The position numbers and the translations under genes were made by a program. Source: Paramoeba atlantica (lineage: Eukaryota; Protista; Discosea). From it: 64,000 nucleotides of DNA. This document shows, one piece after another, positions 22,350 through 33,860 of the stretch. The notes below the pieces were generated by a model. The model was not told the origin of the DNA and did not search any database. It saw only the letters and a program-made list of their open reading frames with translations. Positions within the stretch are counted from its first letter, which is position 1. The number at the start of each line of letters is the position of its first letter. Where the stretch lies: positions 198,367 through 262,366 of the forward strand of contig CDRNVI010000034.1 of NCBI GenBank assembly GCA_977017575.1. The letters are read 5' to 3'.

Positions 22350-23637
22350 TCTGACCCGGTAATTCCTGTCTTACGCATAATGAGGAATAAAAATAATAAT
22401 CGATTGTTAACAATAAACGAGTCCCGCCCCTTTAAGAGAAAAATATTAATAAGTATGCTTGGCAGAAATCTAAGAGACTTTTCTTCAAAATACAACTTGT
22501 ATATTCAGTGCAGGTCCGTGTGATTTCTCTCATGGTGTTGTCGGTAAGTGTGTGATGCTATGTTGTGTGTTATTCATCATAAGAGAAATTCAATAAAGCA
22601 AGTATACAGTACATGTATGTACGTATGCATTTTTTCATGTAAGTAGTACAGGGGGGTGCACGAAAATAAGGGAGTTCTAAATTTTGTAAAACTTTGCCAA
22701 TACATGTAGGTATAGGAAAGTTGGACCATTTTTACCCTATAATGACATTTGTACCCCTTAATGACATTTTTACCCCGAAATATCTTTTTCGTCAATTCGG
22801 GAGTACCTTACAAAAGACTGGAAGCAGGAGGATTAAAATAGGCTGTAATCAAGAACGATAAATACATGAATCCTAGGGTCTCATTTCTGTTCCCGGTAAG
22901 GCCCCGTAGTGCGTGAAGGCCTCCATACCCCACAACTACCACCTTCCCACCTATTTAGCGGGGATCGCGCGAGCAACTCCTGATAAATGAGGCCCCCGTT
23001 TGCGAGCAAAGCCCAACTGTGAGCGTGGCCCGGGGACATAATTATATTTTTTTAGCGACCCCGCGCGCTCCAGCTGACACACCAGCTCTGTCTGATATTC
23101 ATCGTCCAGTTTGTCGCTAGACAACCCCCCATACCATTGAGTGAAAAATCGTTCCGCTTTGTTAGTTTCATTGCATGTGATGAAAGAGCTGGGGGAGAAG
23201 GTATACGGATAGGAATCATGTGCCCCCTTCCTCGAACAGATGTGCACATTTCACATTTCCTAGTTTTACTACGTCACAAGACTAGGGGGAAGCAAACTCA
23301 CTCCAATGGAACCGGGGAGAGATGAAGGGATAAAGCATCGACAAGAGGAAGCGTTCAGACGTGGTCTGACCCGATAATTCCTGTCTTACGCATCAGGAAT
23401 AAAAATAATAATTGAATGTTAACAATAAACGAGTCCCGCCCCTTTAAGAGAAAAATAAGTATGCTCGACAAAAAATCTAAGAGACTCTTCTTCAAAAAGC
23501 AACTTATAAATTTATATTCAGTGCAGGTCCGTGTGATTTCTCTCATGGTGTTGTCGGTAAGTGTGTGATGCTATGTTGTGTGTTATTCATCATAAGAGAA
23601 ATTCAATAAAGCAAGTATACAGTACATGTATGTACGT
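22350..23637 (+). repeat. Direct repeat pair of ~273 bp (22350-22624 and 23365-23637)
   Basis: Shared TCTGACCCG.TAATTCCTGTCTTACGCAT ... GCAAGTATACAGTACATGTATGTACGT with scattered substitutions and small indels. Confidence 0.9.
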
Positions 23638-23835
23638 GTATGTCAATATTTTCCATTTTCTTGCGCTACTGTACTCGGTCATGTCCCAGTTTTATAAATT
23701 TGGCTACATCAGAGTGTATTTCAATTTCACATTTTTCGGATAACGAAGGTTTGGAGCTTTCAACCTTTGTTCACCGCAGTACAGCAGTCACGAAAGGAGT
23801 AGGATGTCTATTGAGGTGACCCATTCCTTCTGACT

Positions 23836-24087
23836 TTGAAATCCACGCCAAGGTACAGAACAAGTAAGGCAAGTAAGTACATTCAAGGGAAACAGGCCAC
23901 GTCTCTTCCTGTTGATGGTGAAAATACGGGAGTAACATTGGCTCCCATAGGGCTTCGTAACGTGCAAGAGGTAACCGCCAACGACAAAGAAGGCATGACT
24001 GTTTTTCTTTTCGGTGCTTACGAAGTTCATAATAGAAAAGTTCCTCCCCCTCCTCCTACTGTAGTTCACATTGAGTGCAGAAGATGA
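23836..24087 (+). mobile_element. pogo/DDE_1 transposase fragment
   Basis: TLAPIGLRNV.EVTANDKEGMTVFLFGA...KVPP resembles pogo T+...G.K.V...T.G.EK...TV.L...DG.KLPP. Confidence 0.45.
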
Positions 24088-25201
24088 AAAGTCCCGTTCA
24101 CTGCGAGACGCTCGACGTCATGTTACAACGCTTTGAAGACATACGTAACTTCGACTAGGTGGATGAACAGTTAAGTATTTGAAGAGATCAAGCTTCCTTA
24201 CTAGGAGGTTTGCAACCTGCGACAGCTCTTGTGGTGGACGAGTACACTGCCCATCGGGTTCATAAGTTAGAATCCCCAGTAATTGTGACTTGCACAGAAT
24301 TCCTGGGGGTTGTACTTATCACATTCAAGTACGCGACCTTCGGTTTATTGTATTTTTCAAAAGAGAATACGAATTAGCCTTACGGCTCTGGCGCCTAAAA
24401 GCTGGTGATCACATAAAAGTGAATCGTCATGTAGTATTAGAGCTGATTACGGTTGCTCATGAGGTTACTTGGGCAAAGGATGGCGACCAGATACAAAACA
24501 TATGCGAAACCCATCTCTTTGGGCCGATGACCAAACATCCATGGAATTGGAACTCTAAGGATGAAACATCAAACTCAAGGCGAAAACTGAAAAAGAGTGC
24601 CAAGGCATCGGTTCGAAACGAAAGCGATACGAAACCGAATAAGATACCGATCAACAGAAGCGGACGTGATGACGATGAAATTACTGTATAACAGTGGGAC
24701 GAGTACTATAAAATAGTTTTTATAGTTTTGCGTACCTCTGGTTAAGACAATCTACCGAGTATAGTTACCATTTTCAGAAAGGTAGAGAGGTGAAGGGGGC
24801 TGAGTGGGAGGGTTATCATGCCTGCCCACAGTCGGTACCGTCCTCGGAGAAACATAAAATGAAAAAGAGTAAAAAATCTTCAGAACGGAGCTATCATGTT
24901 ATAAGGTGCTCGTGAGGCATGTGGTACATCAATGGAGTTCTACATTAAGGATAACAATTACATTAAGGACAATTAAAGTTAAAACAAAAAAGTTTAAAGC
25001 GCCTCACGCCCAAGACTCCGTCATAAAGGACAATAAATAAGTTGGGGGTAGGGCTATGACAACTAAGTAGGGGGGTAGTGTTTTGTTGTACCGCGAAAGC
25101 CAACTGCGGTATCGGCGGGTCTCATGTGCCACGACCCGCATGGCCTCATATAAGTTTAGTCAGAAATCTCCTAAACGTTTTTTAGCCTGAACTCTTCCGT
25201 T

Positions 25202-25840
25202 TTATATTTCACATATTTTCGTACCTTTCCAACTACGATAACCAGGCTTTAACGAGGGGGGAAGCGACGAAATTTGCACAGTGCCAGTCAAGAAAGAATT
25301 TGCAGTAAGATAAACGGCTTCAATTTGATCAGGCAAACCGGAAAAATCAACCTCCCCGGAAAATCGATTAAAGGATAAAAAGAGAGTTTTCATTGTCCGT
25401 GGTAGTTTTTCAAAAGCGATCTCACCTGAAAATTTATTGTTTCCTAAGTCCAATAAATTTAGTTGAGGCGGAAGACAGACAAAATTCACAGTGCCGCTCA
25501 ATGAGTTGAAACCCAGTACAAGCGCTTCGAGAGTAGAAGGAAGATATTCCCAATGCAAAGATCCACGTAAGTTACAAGTAGTCCAATCAATAATAGAAAC
25601 TTCACCCTCGTCGTTGCACTGTACACCAGGCCATTCACAAGCGGGGGTTGCCGTATCGCACTTAGTAAGGGCCTCTCGTAGATCAACATCGGATGCAAAC
25701 CGCGCAAGGTCGAATTCCGGAGGTAAAACAATGCCCCGCTGTCTTCCTGCATGTGAGCTCGAAGGGAAACAATCCTTTTCCGAAGTTGATTTGACGGATT
25801 CAAATTCCGAGCAGGAAAACTGGCGCCAAAGATCGAGCAT
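25202..25840 (-). CDS. Leucine-rich repeat protein
   Basis: PACEWPGVQC cap and LP..L..L.L..N.FSGE+.F repeats; first ATG 25840 (25861 is TTG). Confidence 0.85.
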   Translation of the reverse strand: MLDLWRQFSCSEFESVKSTSEKDCFPSSSHAGRQRGIVLPPEFDLARFASDVDLREALTKCDTATPACEWPGVQCNDEGEVSIIDWTTCNLRGSLHWEYLPSTLEALVLGFNSLSGTVNFVCLPPQLNLLDLGNNKFSGEIAFEKLPRTMKTLFLSFNRFSGEVDFSGLPDQIEAVYLTANSFLTGTVQISSLPPSLKPGYRSWKGTKICEI

Positions 25841-26134
25841 GGAAGTAGTAGTATTCAACAATACGTGAAATTTTTAAGAGTTTTTTTTAAGTGTTGACGT
25901 GCTGGAGGCGTACAACCAGTGTTTCTAAGATCTGCTACACCCCTTTTATATCCACAAAATTTTTATCTTTTTCTCACCAAGATACACAAGTTAACCTACT
26001 GTACCCATGGTCGCAACACCCCCCCCCCCCCACATGTACAACTATGCAACAATTTCTTCAGTACAGCCTAACTCAACCTTTACACCCCATATACCTTTAC
26101 ACCTTTTCCACTCCCTTCCAAAACCTTCCCCTCA

Positions 26135-27100
26135 TCACCCTTTCCCCCCCTCCCCCCCCAACACCCTCTCCGTCCCCGGCAGCACCCCCTCCATCCGATC
26201 CAGCCACGCCGCCACCGGCCCCACCCCCCGCACCACCTCCCGGTACACCCGGTGCCCCCGGAGCGACTGCAGCACCCCATACACCTCGGTGTCCGCGACG
26301 TTCGGTCGCGTCCCCCCGTGGAACGGGCGCCCCCCGAGCCCGGCCGTGGCCCACTCCTTCAGGACCCCGCGCAGGGCCTCCGCGGGGGTCACGCGCTTCG
26401 GGTCGTACCCGTCCTCGCGGATCAGGGCGGGGAGGGTCTTGTACCGGGCCACGAGGTACATCACGGGGGCCCCGAGGAGTTTCAGGAAGAGCTTGTTGTG
26501 GGGGGGGATGGTGTCGTGGGCGTCGATGTAGGCGTAGCCGCGCCAGGATTCGATGAGGGAGGGGTTGAGGTTGAGGACGAGATAGCGCACGAGACGGTGG
26601 GAGGCGAAGGCACGCCAGGGGGTGACGGTGGGGTCGTGGAGGGCGGCTTTCCAGGCGGGGGCGCCGGGGCGGGTGTCGGGGAGGGCGAGGCTGAGGGTGT
26701 CGATGATGGCGTCGGAGTCGACGAGGAGGAGAGGGGGGGTGGAGTGGGGGGAGAAGCGGAGTTGGGGGACTTTGTGGTACCCGTGGGAGGAGATTTCGCG
26801 TTTGAAGATGGGCTCGACCTCGACGCACTCGTGGGGGATGTGGTGGAGGTCAAGGAAGGTTTTGACTTTGGCGCAGAAGGGGCAGGTGGAGTAGCGGTAG
26901 AGGATCGGGGGGTCGGCTCCGCCTTGGGTGGAGAGGGCGGTGTGGATGGCGGTGCGAAGGGTGGGGAGGTCCTGGGCCGCGTTGAAGGCGGAAGCGGTGA
27001 CGGAGGCGTTTTGTTTTAAGCGGTAGCGGTAGATCATGCTGGCGGCCCCGAGGGCAACGGCACCCCCGACGGCGGTGTACTTGGCCACACGACGGAGCAT
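26135..27100 (-). CDS. PTGES2: Prostaglandin E synthase 2-like glutathione S-transferase (glutaredoxin N-domain)
   Basis: LYRYSTCPFCAKVKTFLD, EVEPIFKREI, YHKVPQL, DSDAII, FHGGTRPNVADTEVYGVL; N-terminal presequence/anchor. Confidence 0.85.
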   Translation of the reverse strand: MLRRVAKYTAVGGAVALGAASMIYRYRLKQNASVTASAFNAAQDLPTLRTAIHTALSTQGGADPPILYRYSTCPFCAKVKTFLDLHHIPHECVEVEPIFKREISSHGYHKVPQLRFSPHSTPPLLLVDSDAIIDTLSLALPDTRPGAPAWKAALHDPTVTPWRAFASHRLVRYLVLNLNPSLIESWRGYAYIDAHDTIPPHNKLFLKLLGAPVMYLVARYKTLPALIREDGYDPKRVTPAEALRGVLKEWATAGLGGRPFHGGTRPNVADTEVYGVLQSLRGHRVYREVVRGVGPVAAWLDRMEGVLPGTERVLGGEGGKG

Positions 27101-27204
27101 TGGGTGGTGGGAAAGTTTCGTTATAGAAAAAAGGATGAAGAAAATTTCTGGGTTAGGAGCCCAATTTGCTCGTATTTCTTTCGCAAAATGTACAAAATTT
27201 AATA

Positions 27205-27954
27205 CAGTGGTGATCAGCCTCTTTTACCCCCCCTACAGGTCTTGTATTTTGTTCGATTTTGGAAATATTTTGTATGGGATTGTTTTTCGACCCAATCGTT
27301 CCGAATCCGAGGTCCTTTTCACTCGTGGACACTTGTATCATTCCTAAACTGAAAAACACTGAGAAACTCGATAATTTTTTAGAGAGTACATTTTTTCCTA
27401 AATTGATACATTTTCTGGTGATTCATGACGAAGAAGCACCAGCCCCTGTATTTACTTTCCTCTGGCGTGCGCCCCGAGATGCGCACGGCACTCGCGATTG
27501 AATACGAGCGACTTAAGTCCTATAGGGCAGTTGTAAAACTTAATAAACTTAACCCCGGGTCTATCATTGAAACTTTTCGTTTTTTTCTGAAGATCAACCA
27601 GAAGCGTTTAAGAATATCTTCCGGGACCATCGTAAGTGTTTACTCTTGGTTAAGGAGGCCAAAGGGCATATGACTAAATACTAGAGATTACTTTGCACCC
27701 CTTTTCCGCGTCTTCTGACGTACTTAAAGTAAGACCTACACGTACTTTACTACTGTTGTTCATTCGAAACACCCCAAAAAAATGTAATTAACTTTTTTGA
27801 CCCCTACCTGGCTAGGAGGGGTAGGGGGTCGCTCGAGTGAAAAGGACCTCGGATTCGGAACGATTGGGTCGAAAAACGATGATCTACCAAATATTTCCAA
27901 AATCGGACAAAGTACAAGACCTGTAGGGGGGGTAAAAGAGGCTGATCACCACTG
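27205..27954 (+). mobile_element. Deleted Tc1/mariner element, ~120-bp TIRs, TA TSD
   Basis: TA|CAGTGGTGATCAGCCTC...GGTCCTTTTCACTCG and inverted copy ending GCTGATCACCACTG|TA; short internal ORF 27425-27673. Confidence 0.9.
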
Positions 27955-28198
27955 TAGACACTTTTCTTTGTTTTCAGTAAAATAGAGATGTTCCCAAAGA
28001 AGGGTATGTAAATAGTGATGTTCCCAAAGAGTTTGAAGATCACGAAAGCCCAAATAATAAGTATCACCGTTCACTTCACATTTACTGTTGCCGCGCTACA
28101 CGTAAAATTCCGTTGTTTTATTTCAATAGTGAATCGCGCAAGAGCAAACTGTGAGGTATGTGAAACTAATTCAATGATACGTCATTAGTTAATCGTAA

Positions 28199-29512
28199 TC
28201 AGATTGACACTGCATCTCGAACATTGGGTACAATTCTCACTGCTCGAAAAGGACTATCTTGCCCCGTAATTCGTGATGTATCGTCTCGAATGCCAAAACC
28301 TGCAAATTGAGCTCCCACAATCCATGAGCCGATGACAGGATGCATACCTTGTAGCGGTTCTTCTTGCAAAAGCTCCTGAAAGATAACCTGTCGATCGTGA
28401 AATTGCCCATTAGAGCTCTCGACCGGATGAGACACATTTCGCGCAGAGTGCAAGGATACGTTCTCTCCACACCGACCTACAATTGGTTTACGAGCGTATC
28501 CACTACGAATGAGTTCAGGTGTGGGCCTCCATGCGGCGGGAAGCAGATTGGGGTGCCCTGGAAACATTTCCCAGAGGATTACCAAAAGAGCTTTGTTGCT
28601 GGTGATAATCTTCCAAAGTGGTTCAATAATTTCCATGGCGGGATCGCTCAAAAACATTTCAGAAAGAGAGGGAGCTCCACTCCTTGCACCATTCGTGCTG
28701 AGTGAACGAGGTGATTTTATGGCATTCTGCAAAATTGTATCCCAGGCCCACATTTTCCATACAATGCGGAGGGGCTCCCCGTCCTCATGGCAGAGTGTAG
28801 TATTTGACCCGTTGAGGTTCTTCCACCCCAGCGAGGATGTCCCAACACATAATTTCGTGGAAACTCCCGCAAGAGATGCGAGTTCTTGCATGAACGTTGC
28901 ATTATACACTTCTTCCGGGTCGTCATCGACAAGAAAATGCACAGGTTGTGTAGCAGGAATCTTCATACCTCTCCAGGCACGCACGACGGATTCCTGCAAC
29001 GACGTCCCGGCGTCGGTTCCAACATTTCCTATACCCACAGCTTCACTCCACTTACCTTGGACGCGACCACACTCGAACAAGGTTCCCGCGCTGTCGGCGT
29101 TGTACTCTAACAGTTTTACGCAGTCTCGCGTGTGTGGGGTAGCCGAAGAACTCGAACTCACAGGAAAAGAAACCCCGAAATCGAATCTTCCTGTCAGTGT
29201 ACGACTGCGGTGCTTCTTCCACGAGTGACGAACGTGGGCCCAGAAAGTACGAGGAATAGCAAAACGATCCAATAGGGTGTCGGATGCAATTACCTTTTCC
29301 GTCGCCGATAGACACATGGCGTGTAGCTCCTCCGATGTACGGGTAATTTGGGTACTCAGGTCAGAACTGACACGGTAATAACCACAGGCTGTCTCCACGG
29401 CGCGATTTACTCCTACACCATACGTCTCGCCAAATATTTGCTCGCTGCGGACCTTGCGGTTGAGGTAGGAAACAGCAGAGGAAGTTTTTGGATGGAAAGG
29501 AACGCGCTGCAT
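28199..29512 (-). CDS. TRYS: Trypanothione/glutathionylspermidine synthetase, synthetase (ATP-grasp) domain only
   Basis: GRFDF, LEYNADS, WKMWAWD, EPLWKIITSNKALL, KPIVGRCGEN, FQEL, IRDD.S.IT..DSPF; first ATG at 29512 (29545 is GTG); no amidase domain. Confidence 0.9.
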   Translation of the reverse strand: MQRVPFHPKTSSAVSYLNRKVRSEQIFGETYGVGVNRAVETACGYYRVSSDLSTQITRTSEELHAMCLSATEKVIASDTLLDRFAIPRTFWAHVRHSWKKHRSRTLTGRFDFGVSFPVSSSSSATPHTRDCVKLLEYNADSAGTLFECGRVQGKWSEAVGIGNVGTDAGTSLQESVVRAWRGMKIPATQPVHFLVDDDPEEVYNATFMQELASLAGVSTKLCVGTSSLGWKNLNGSNTTLCHEDGEPLRIVWKMWAWDTILQNAIKSPRSLSTNGARSGAPSLSEMFLSDPAMEIIEPLWKIITSNKALLVILWEMFPGHPNLLPAAWRPTPELIRSGYARKPIVGRCGENVSLHSARNVSHPVESSNGQFHDRQVIFQELLQEEPLQGMHPVIGSWIVGAQFAGFGIRDDTSRITGQDSPFRAVRIVPNVRDAVSI

Positions 29513-29792
29513 AAGGATAGCAAAAATGTGTTGTGTTTCATTCACACATAACAGAATATCTTCATTAATTTGAAATAACTTTGTAGTAGTAACTGATTAA
29601 ACAATATGCAAACCTGTCTAACTCACATACTGAGCATAATTCTGAAACGCTTCTGAAACCGTGTTTTATTAAATTTAGCCGTTGTTACACTGTAAACGAA
29701 GCAATAGTACACCTAAAGGCTCACTTATCCTGTTTTACACTGTACGACAGCCAACATTGCATCTACGTTTGGGCTATCGTCGACGGGTGACA

Positions 29793-31298
29793 TTACAAGT
29801 CCTGAAGCGGCACGACGTGCCCCTTCTCCCCCGTCGGACGATTGCCCACTTTCCCGGGACCCTCCCGGAGATACTTCACGGTTACACACCTCCCTGCAGC
29901 CCACTCCTCGGGGGCCACGAGCACCGCGCGCTCGGCACCCGCACTATCCGCGTACGCAAACCCCTGACGAACCTTTCGTCGGTCCTCTAGAATCAAATCC
30001 GCGCATCTCCCTTTTGCTCGAAGCTGGGTGACCACTTTCACAGCCACCTCCCGCATAGACTCATCAAAGGGAATCACCACATCATGGAGAACCCGGGGAA
30101 GGGCTGGGAGCTTTTTCTTCTCTTTCAGCAGCTCCAGAATCACACAGTCGCCAAACCCGAACCCGCAGGCCGGCATCGGGGTGGGAGCCCCGTAGGTCGT
30201 GAGGAGCGCATCGTACCGCCCCCCTCCACAGATTGCCCGGAACTTCCCGGGGCGATCCACGACCTCAAACACTACTCCAGTGTAATACGCTAGGCCGCGA
30301 ACCACGGAGGGGTCGAACACAACCCAGTCACCTAAACCATAGGCCTCAAGTAGCTTAAAAAGCCTCTGTACCTCTGCAATTGTGTTCGTGAGTGTTCCTT
30401 TTTCGAGCCCATCGTACCCCGGCTGGGATTCGATCAGTTGTTGCAGCGCACCCAAATCCGGCAACTCCATCGCCACCAGAAGGGTCTCTATCACCTGCGG
30501 GGACAACTCTAACTCCCCCAAACTCGTGACCATCTCCTCCCTCGTAATCTTATCCCGTTTATCCAACACCACACACACGGAGACGAACCGCTCGTTCGGG
30601 ACCTCACACGCCTGCAGCAACCCCTGCAGCACCTGACGGGAGTTTATCCTTACCACCACCTCGTGCGAGGACAGCTGCAGCCTCGACAAGGCCGCACACA
30701 GCGCGGCAATCAAATCCGCCTCCGCGCCCACCCCCTTAACCCCCAGGATATCCGCATTCCACTGGTAGTGCTCCCTTCGCCTTCCCCGGGTAATATCCTC
30801 ATGGCGCCAGCACTGCGGCAGGCTGAACCATTTCGCCGGGAGGCTGAGCGCCGGGCCCTTTCCGAGCACCAGCCGCGCGAGGCTCGGGGTCATCTCCGGA
30901 CGCAGCGCCACGCGGTGGCCGGACTTCGTCACGAAGTTGTACATTTGCTTGGTGATCTCCTCCCCCCCTTTGCGGAGGTAGAGCTCCTCGGGCTCCAGCA
31001 CCGGCGCGTCGTACTCTTGGAAGCCGAACCCCGCGCTGATCTCACGGAACACAGCGAACAGGTAGTTCCGGGTGCGCATCTCCTCCGGGGGGAAGTCGCG
31101 ACAGCCCTGGACGGGGTCGGTGGAGATGCGGGAGGGGGCGGACTTCTTTTTGCTCTTTTTGGATAACATGCCCGGGGGCGTAGGCGTAGGGGGCGGCTGC
31201 GTAGGTAGTGGTGTGGGATCGGTGGTGTTGTGGTGCAACGAGAGTGCGGCAAAAAGCCGCGACAGTTTGTAATGGGGGTTCACAGAAAAGGAGTTCAT
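29793..31298 (-). CDS. HARS: Histidyl-tRNA synthetase
   Basis: [66 protein letters not shown]; starts at ATG 31298 or 31169. Confidence 0.97.
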   Translation of the reverse strand: MNSFSVNPHYKLSRLFAALSLHHNTTDPTPLPTQPPPTPTPPGMLSKKSKKKSAPSRISTDPVQGCRDFPPEEMRTRNYLFAVFREISAGFGFQEYDAPVLEPEELYLRKGGEEITKQMYNFVTKSGHRVALRPEMTPSLARLVLGKGPALSLPAKWFSLPQCWRHEDITRGRRREHYQWNADILGVKGVGAEADLIAALCAALSRLQLSSHEVVVRINSRQVLQGLLQACEVPNERFVSVCVVLDKRDKITREEMVTSLGELELSPQVIETLLVAMELPDLGALQQLIESQPGYDGLEKGTLTNTIAEVQRLFKLLEAYGLGDWVVFDPSVVRGLAYYTGVVFEVVDRPGKFRAICGGGRYDALLTTYGAPTPMPACGFGFGDCVILELLKEKKKLPALPRVLHDVVIPFDESMREVAVKVVTQLRAKGRCADLILEDRRKVRQGFAYADSAGAERAVLVAPEEWAAGRCVTVKYLREGPGKVGNRPTGEKGHVVPLQDL

Positions 31299-31467
31299 GC
31301 GGGATATTGTGGGGAGAAAAGTGAAGAGAGGGAGAAGAGGTCTGGAGAAAGGTCTAGAGAAAAAAGGAGAAAATTTCAAGTCAATGAACTGAACGTTTGT
31401 CATGAAAAAATGGTGTCACCTCTTAATATCTTTCTAATTTCTTACGTTAAACGGCACCGTTCTAGCC

Positions 31468-31745
31468 TTGTTGGATAATTACACGGTGCACAATTGGGCT
31501 AAGACAAGCTTTCAAGAGACAGGAATTCCTGTTCTTCCTTGGCCAGCAAAATCACATCAGCTTATGTTGGTTGAAAATTTATGGTCCATAGTGGACGACT
31601 TCAAAAATGGTTTAGCCCCTCGAAATCGTGCAGATTTGATCAGTGCGATCGAAGCAGCTTCAAGATCTTCAAATAATACTTTATGCGGCCTCTGAAAGCG
31701 CTATGAAGAGCTTTCGAAAGCGATGCCGTATTGTGATTGAGAAGA
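31468..31745 (+). mobile_element. Tc1 transposase C-terminal fragment
   Basis: LDNYTVH...WPAKS..LMLVENLWSIV; related remnant inside the 53750-54480 element. Confidence 0.75.
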
Positions 31746-32403
31746 CGGCGGTAATTGTAGTTACAATTTTTTTTCGATATTTTCTAGTATTTTAGAAACA
31801 GTAGTCAACCCGCTAGCTCCTTCTTACGTGGAGATGGAGAGCAAAGCGCCTGTAAATACCCTTGCCCGGGCAGAGGCCACGAAGCAGTACGACACTCTCG
31901 CAGCAACACGCGGAATGAAACTCTTCCTGCTAGCCTTCTCGGAAATGAGACTCTTGCATTTCCACGGAAGTGCGGAGGGTACACCTCGGACAGAGACGGC
32001 CTTCTCCGCCATGCTATGGCCCTTGACATCGCCATATAGCGTGGCAAAGCCCAAATAATTTCGGCCGGATAATAGTGGGAAATGAGTATCTTGTAGAGAG
32101 AATTGAATAAAATTCATCTACATATTACATCTACATGGAAGTGCCTATTTATACACTGTATTTTCACTGTTTTAGTTCACTTTTTTTTCAATACTCGAGA
32201 GTAGCGCGGTAGATATGCAATCATCACAATGTACACCACCACAATACAATAGCAATGTATAGCAATATTAGGAGTGACAAGAGGGCTCGTTTTAGAAGAT
32301 AACCAATGAATATTCCTGCCTCCCTCGGAAGATTACTACCACCGCCATAAGAGTGACTGACTTATTAAGTGGAGGGCACAGTACATTATTTTAATGAGAT
32401 GGC

Positions 32404-33369
32404 CTACGTTTTCATGCGTGCTCCACGTTGTAAAGTTTGTCTAATTTCTTCGTTTAACTTGTCATAGGTGTATAGACGATTGTGTATGGGCACGCAAGAG
32501 GCACCCCCACTCATAGGCCATTCACTTTCAATGATTTGCAGTAAGTACTTCAATGTACACTGGTCCCTTGATGACCGACAGTATCGCTCCGCGTATGTCT
32601 TATTCGAATCGGTCTCACTAATAGGCTCTGTACTTTTACCAAGAGTTGATTCAGCAGGGCCTGACTCTTTTTTAAGAAAGGGAAGATCGGTGTCTTTTCT
32701 GAGACGAAACTCAAAGGGTTGATGCAAGTGCATGCGGGCGGCGGCCAGAGCAGGTTCTAAAAGGTGCCGCGGAATCGTACGAGAAAGAAATGTTCGCTTT
32801 CGAGGATCTATGCGGCCCTGTGACTCGTAGAGCGCTTCTACCACTTGGTACTCCCCAAGTCGTTTTGAAAGTTGTGCGTACTGCTGGTGATATAACTTGG
32901 CTAGTGGCCAAAAGGCTTCCTTATTCCACTTACATGTCGAGTGAAGTAGTGTGTTGCTTTTCTGGGCGTGCACTTCATTCGAGGTTTTTTGTTGACCGGA
33001 AATGGGCTTGTACTCGTTCGGATCCCAATAATGCCCCCCTCCCCTGCCTAACTCAGGCTCTGTTCCTGCCAAGGATTTACTATCCGGCCGTTTTCGCATA
33101 ATTTGAACAATAGTGTAAGCGGCGTCATGCACTTCTTGTAGGTACGCCTCCACAGTAGCTAAGCTAAGGGTTTTGCATGCGGCCTGTTGAGAAGGTACCG
33201 TGCTTTCGTTGCACTTGTCTGCTCTGCAATAGTTGTATCGCGAAGTGGAAAAATCTCGAACATTTTTGAATAATAAGGTGCCGAATCCCGGTGGCACTAG
33301 CAGGAGTAAAGTACGTTTGTAACAGGACTGAAGCGATTGCGTAACACGTACTTGGCAAGACAAGCGCAT
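32404..33369 (-). CDS. Hypothetical protein (true start uncertain, possibly internal MRKRPD)
   Basis: 321-codon ORF on the gene strand with ordinary coding composition; no motif recognised. Confidence 0.6.
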   Translation of the reverse strand: MRLSCQVRVTQSLQSCYKRTLLLLVPPGFGTLLFKNVRDFSTSRYNYCRADKCNESTVPSQQAACKTLSLATVEAYLQEVHDAAYTIVQIMRKRPDSKSLAGTEPELGRGGGHYWDPNEYKPISGQQKTSNEVHAQKSNTLLHSTCKWNKEAFWPLAKLYHQQYAQLSKRLGEYQVVEALYESQGRIDPRKRTFLSRTIPRHLLEPALAAARMHLHQPFEFRLRKDTDLPFLKKESGPAESTLGKSTEPISETDSNKTYAERYCRSSRDQCTLKYLLQIIESEWPMSGGASCVPIHNRLYTYDKLNEEIRQTLQRGARMKT

Positions 33370-33860
33370 GGTAAAAATGTTTCAACGAAACGGTGAAGAA
33401 ACACGTGTAAATTTATGCATGAAAGTGATACGTGATGTGTGCATGCATATTCACCCAAAACTCAGCCCTGTTTTAAAACGGTTTTAGACAGTTCTAAAAG
33501 TCTTAAAAAATGTTTAAGGTGTATAAGTTTATACACCTTCTTGGCGTTCAGAATTTTGAAATGCACACATTAACATTACTTTTAGTAAATTTTTCAAGGA
33601 GTTTTCTTTTCAGAAAAAAATTTAGCATAAACATTTTTTGATGAATGCAGTCGAAAGCATTCTTTTGATTTATGCGAAGCGTTCTTTTGATTTATGTACA
33701 CACATACTGTACCCCCGTAGTTAGCACACACGTCACCCCCCCTAGTTATCTGTGACTTTTTAAAAATAGTAGTTTTAATAATTAAAGTTAAATAGTATAG
33801 AGTAAAGCAATTGCAAGAAAAAGAACTCTTTTTCACGTTTTCTGACCCTTTTGAAAAATC

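Noticed and set aside
25040-25080. CACTA-like terminus (reverse strand) with GCTATGAC subterminal repeats, echoed at ~47750-47850 and ~51970-52010
   Set aside because: No paired end, TSD or transposase could be identified, so the element cannot be delimited.
31805-32117. Possible missing C-terminal half of the tyrosine recombinase (GHSM motif)
   Set aside because: No HxxR arginine or catalytic Tyr context; short ORFs in conflicting frames.
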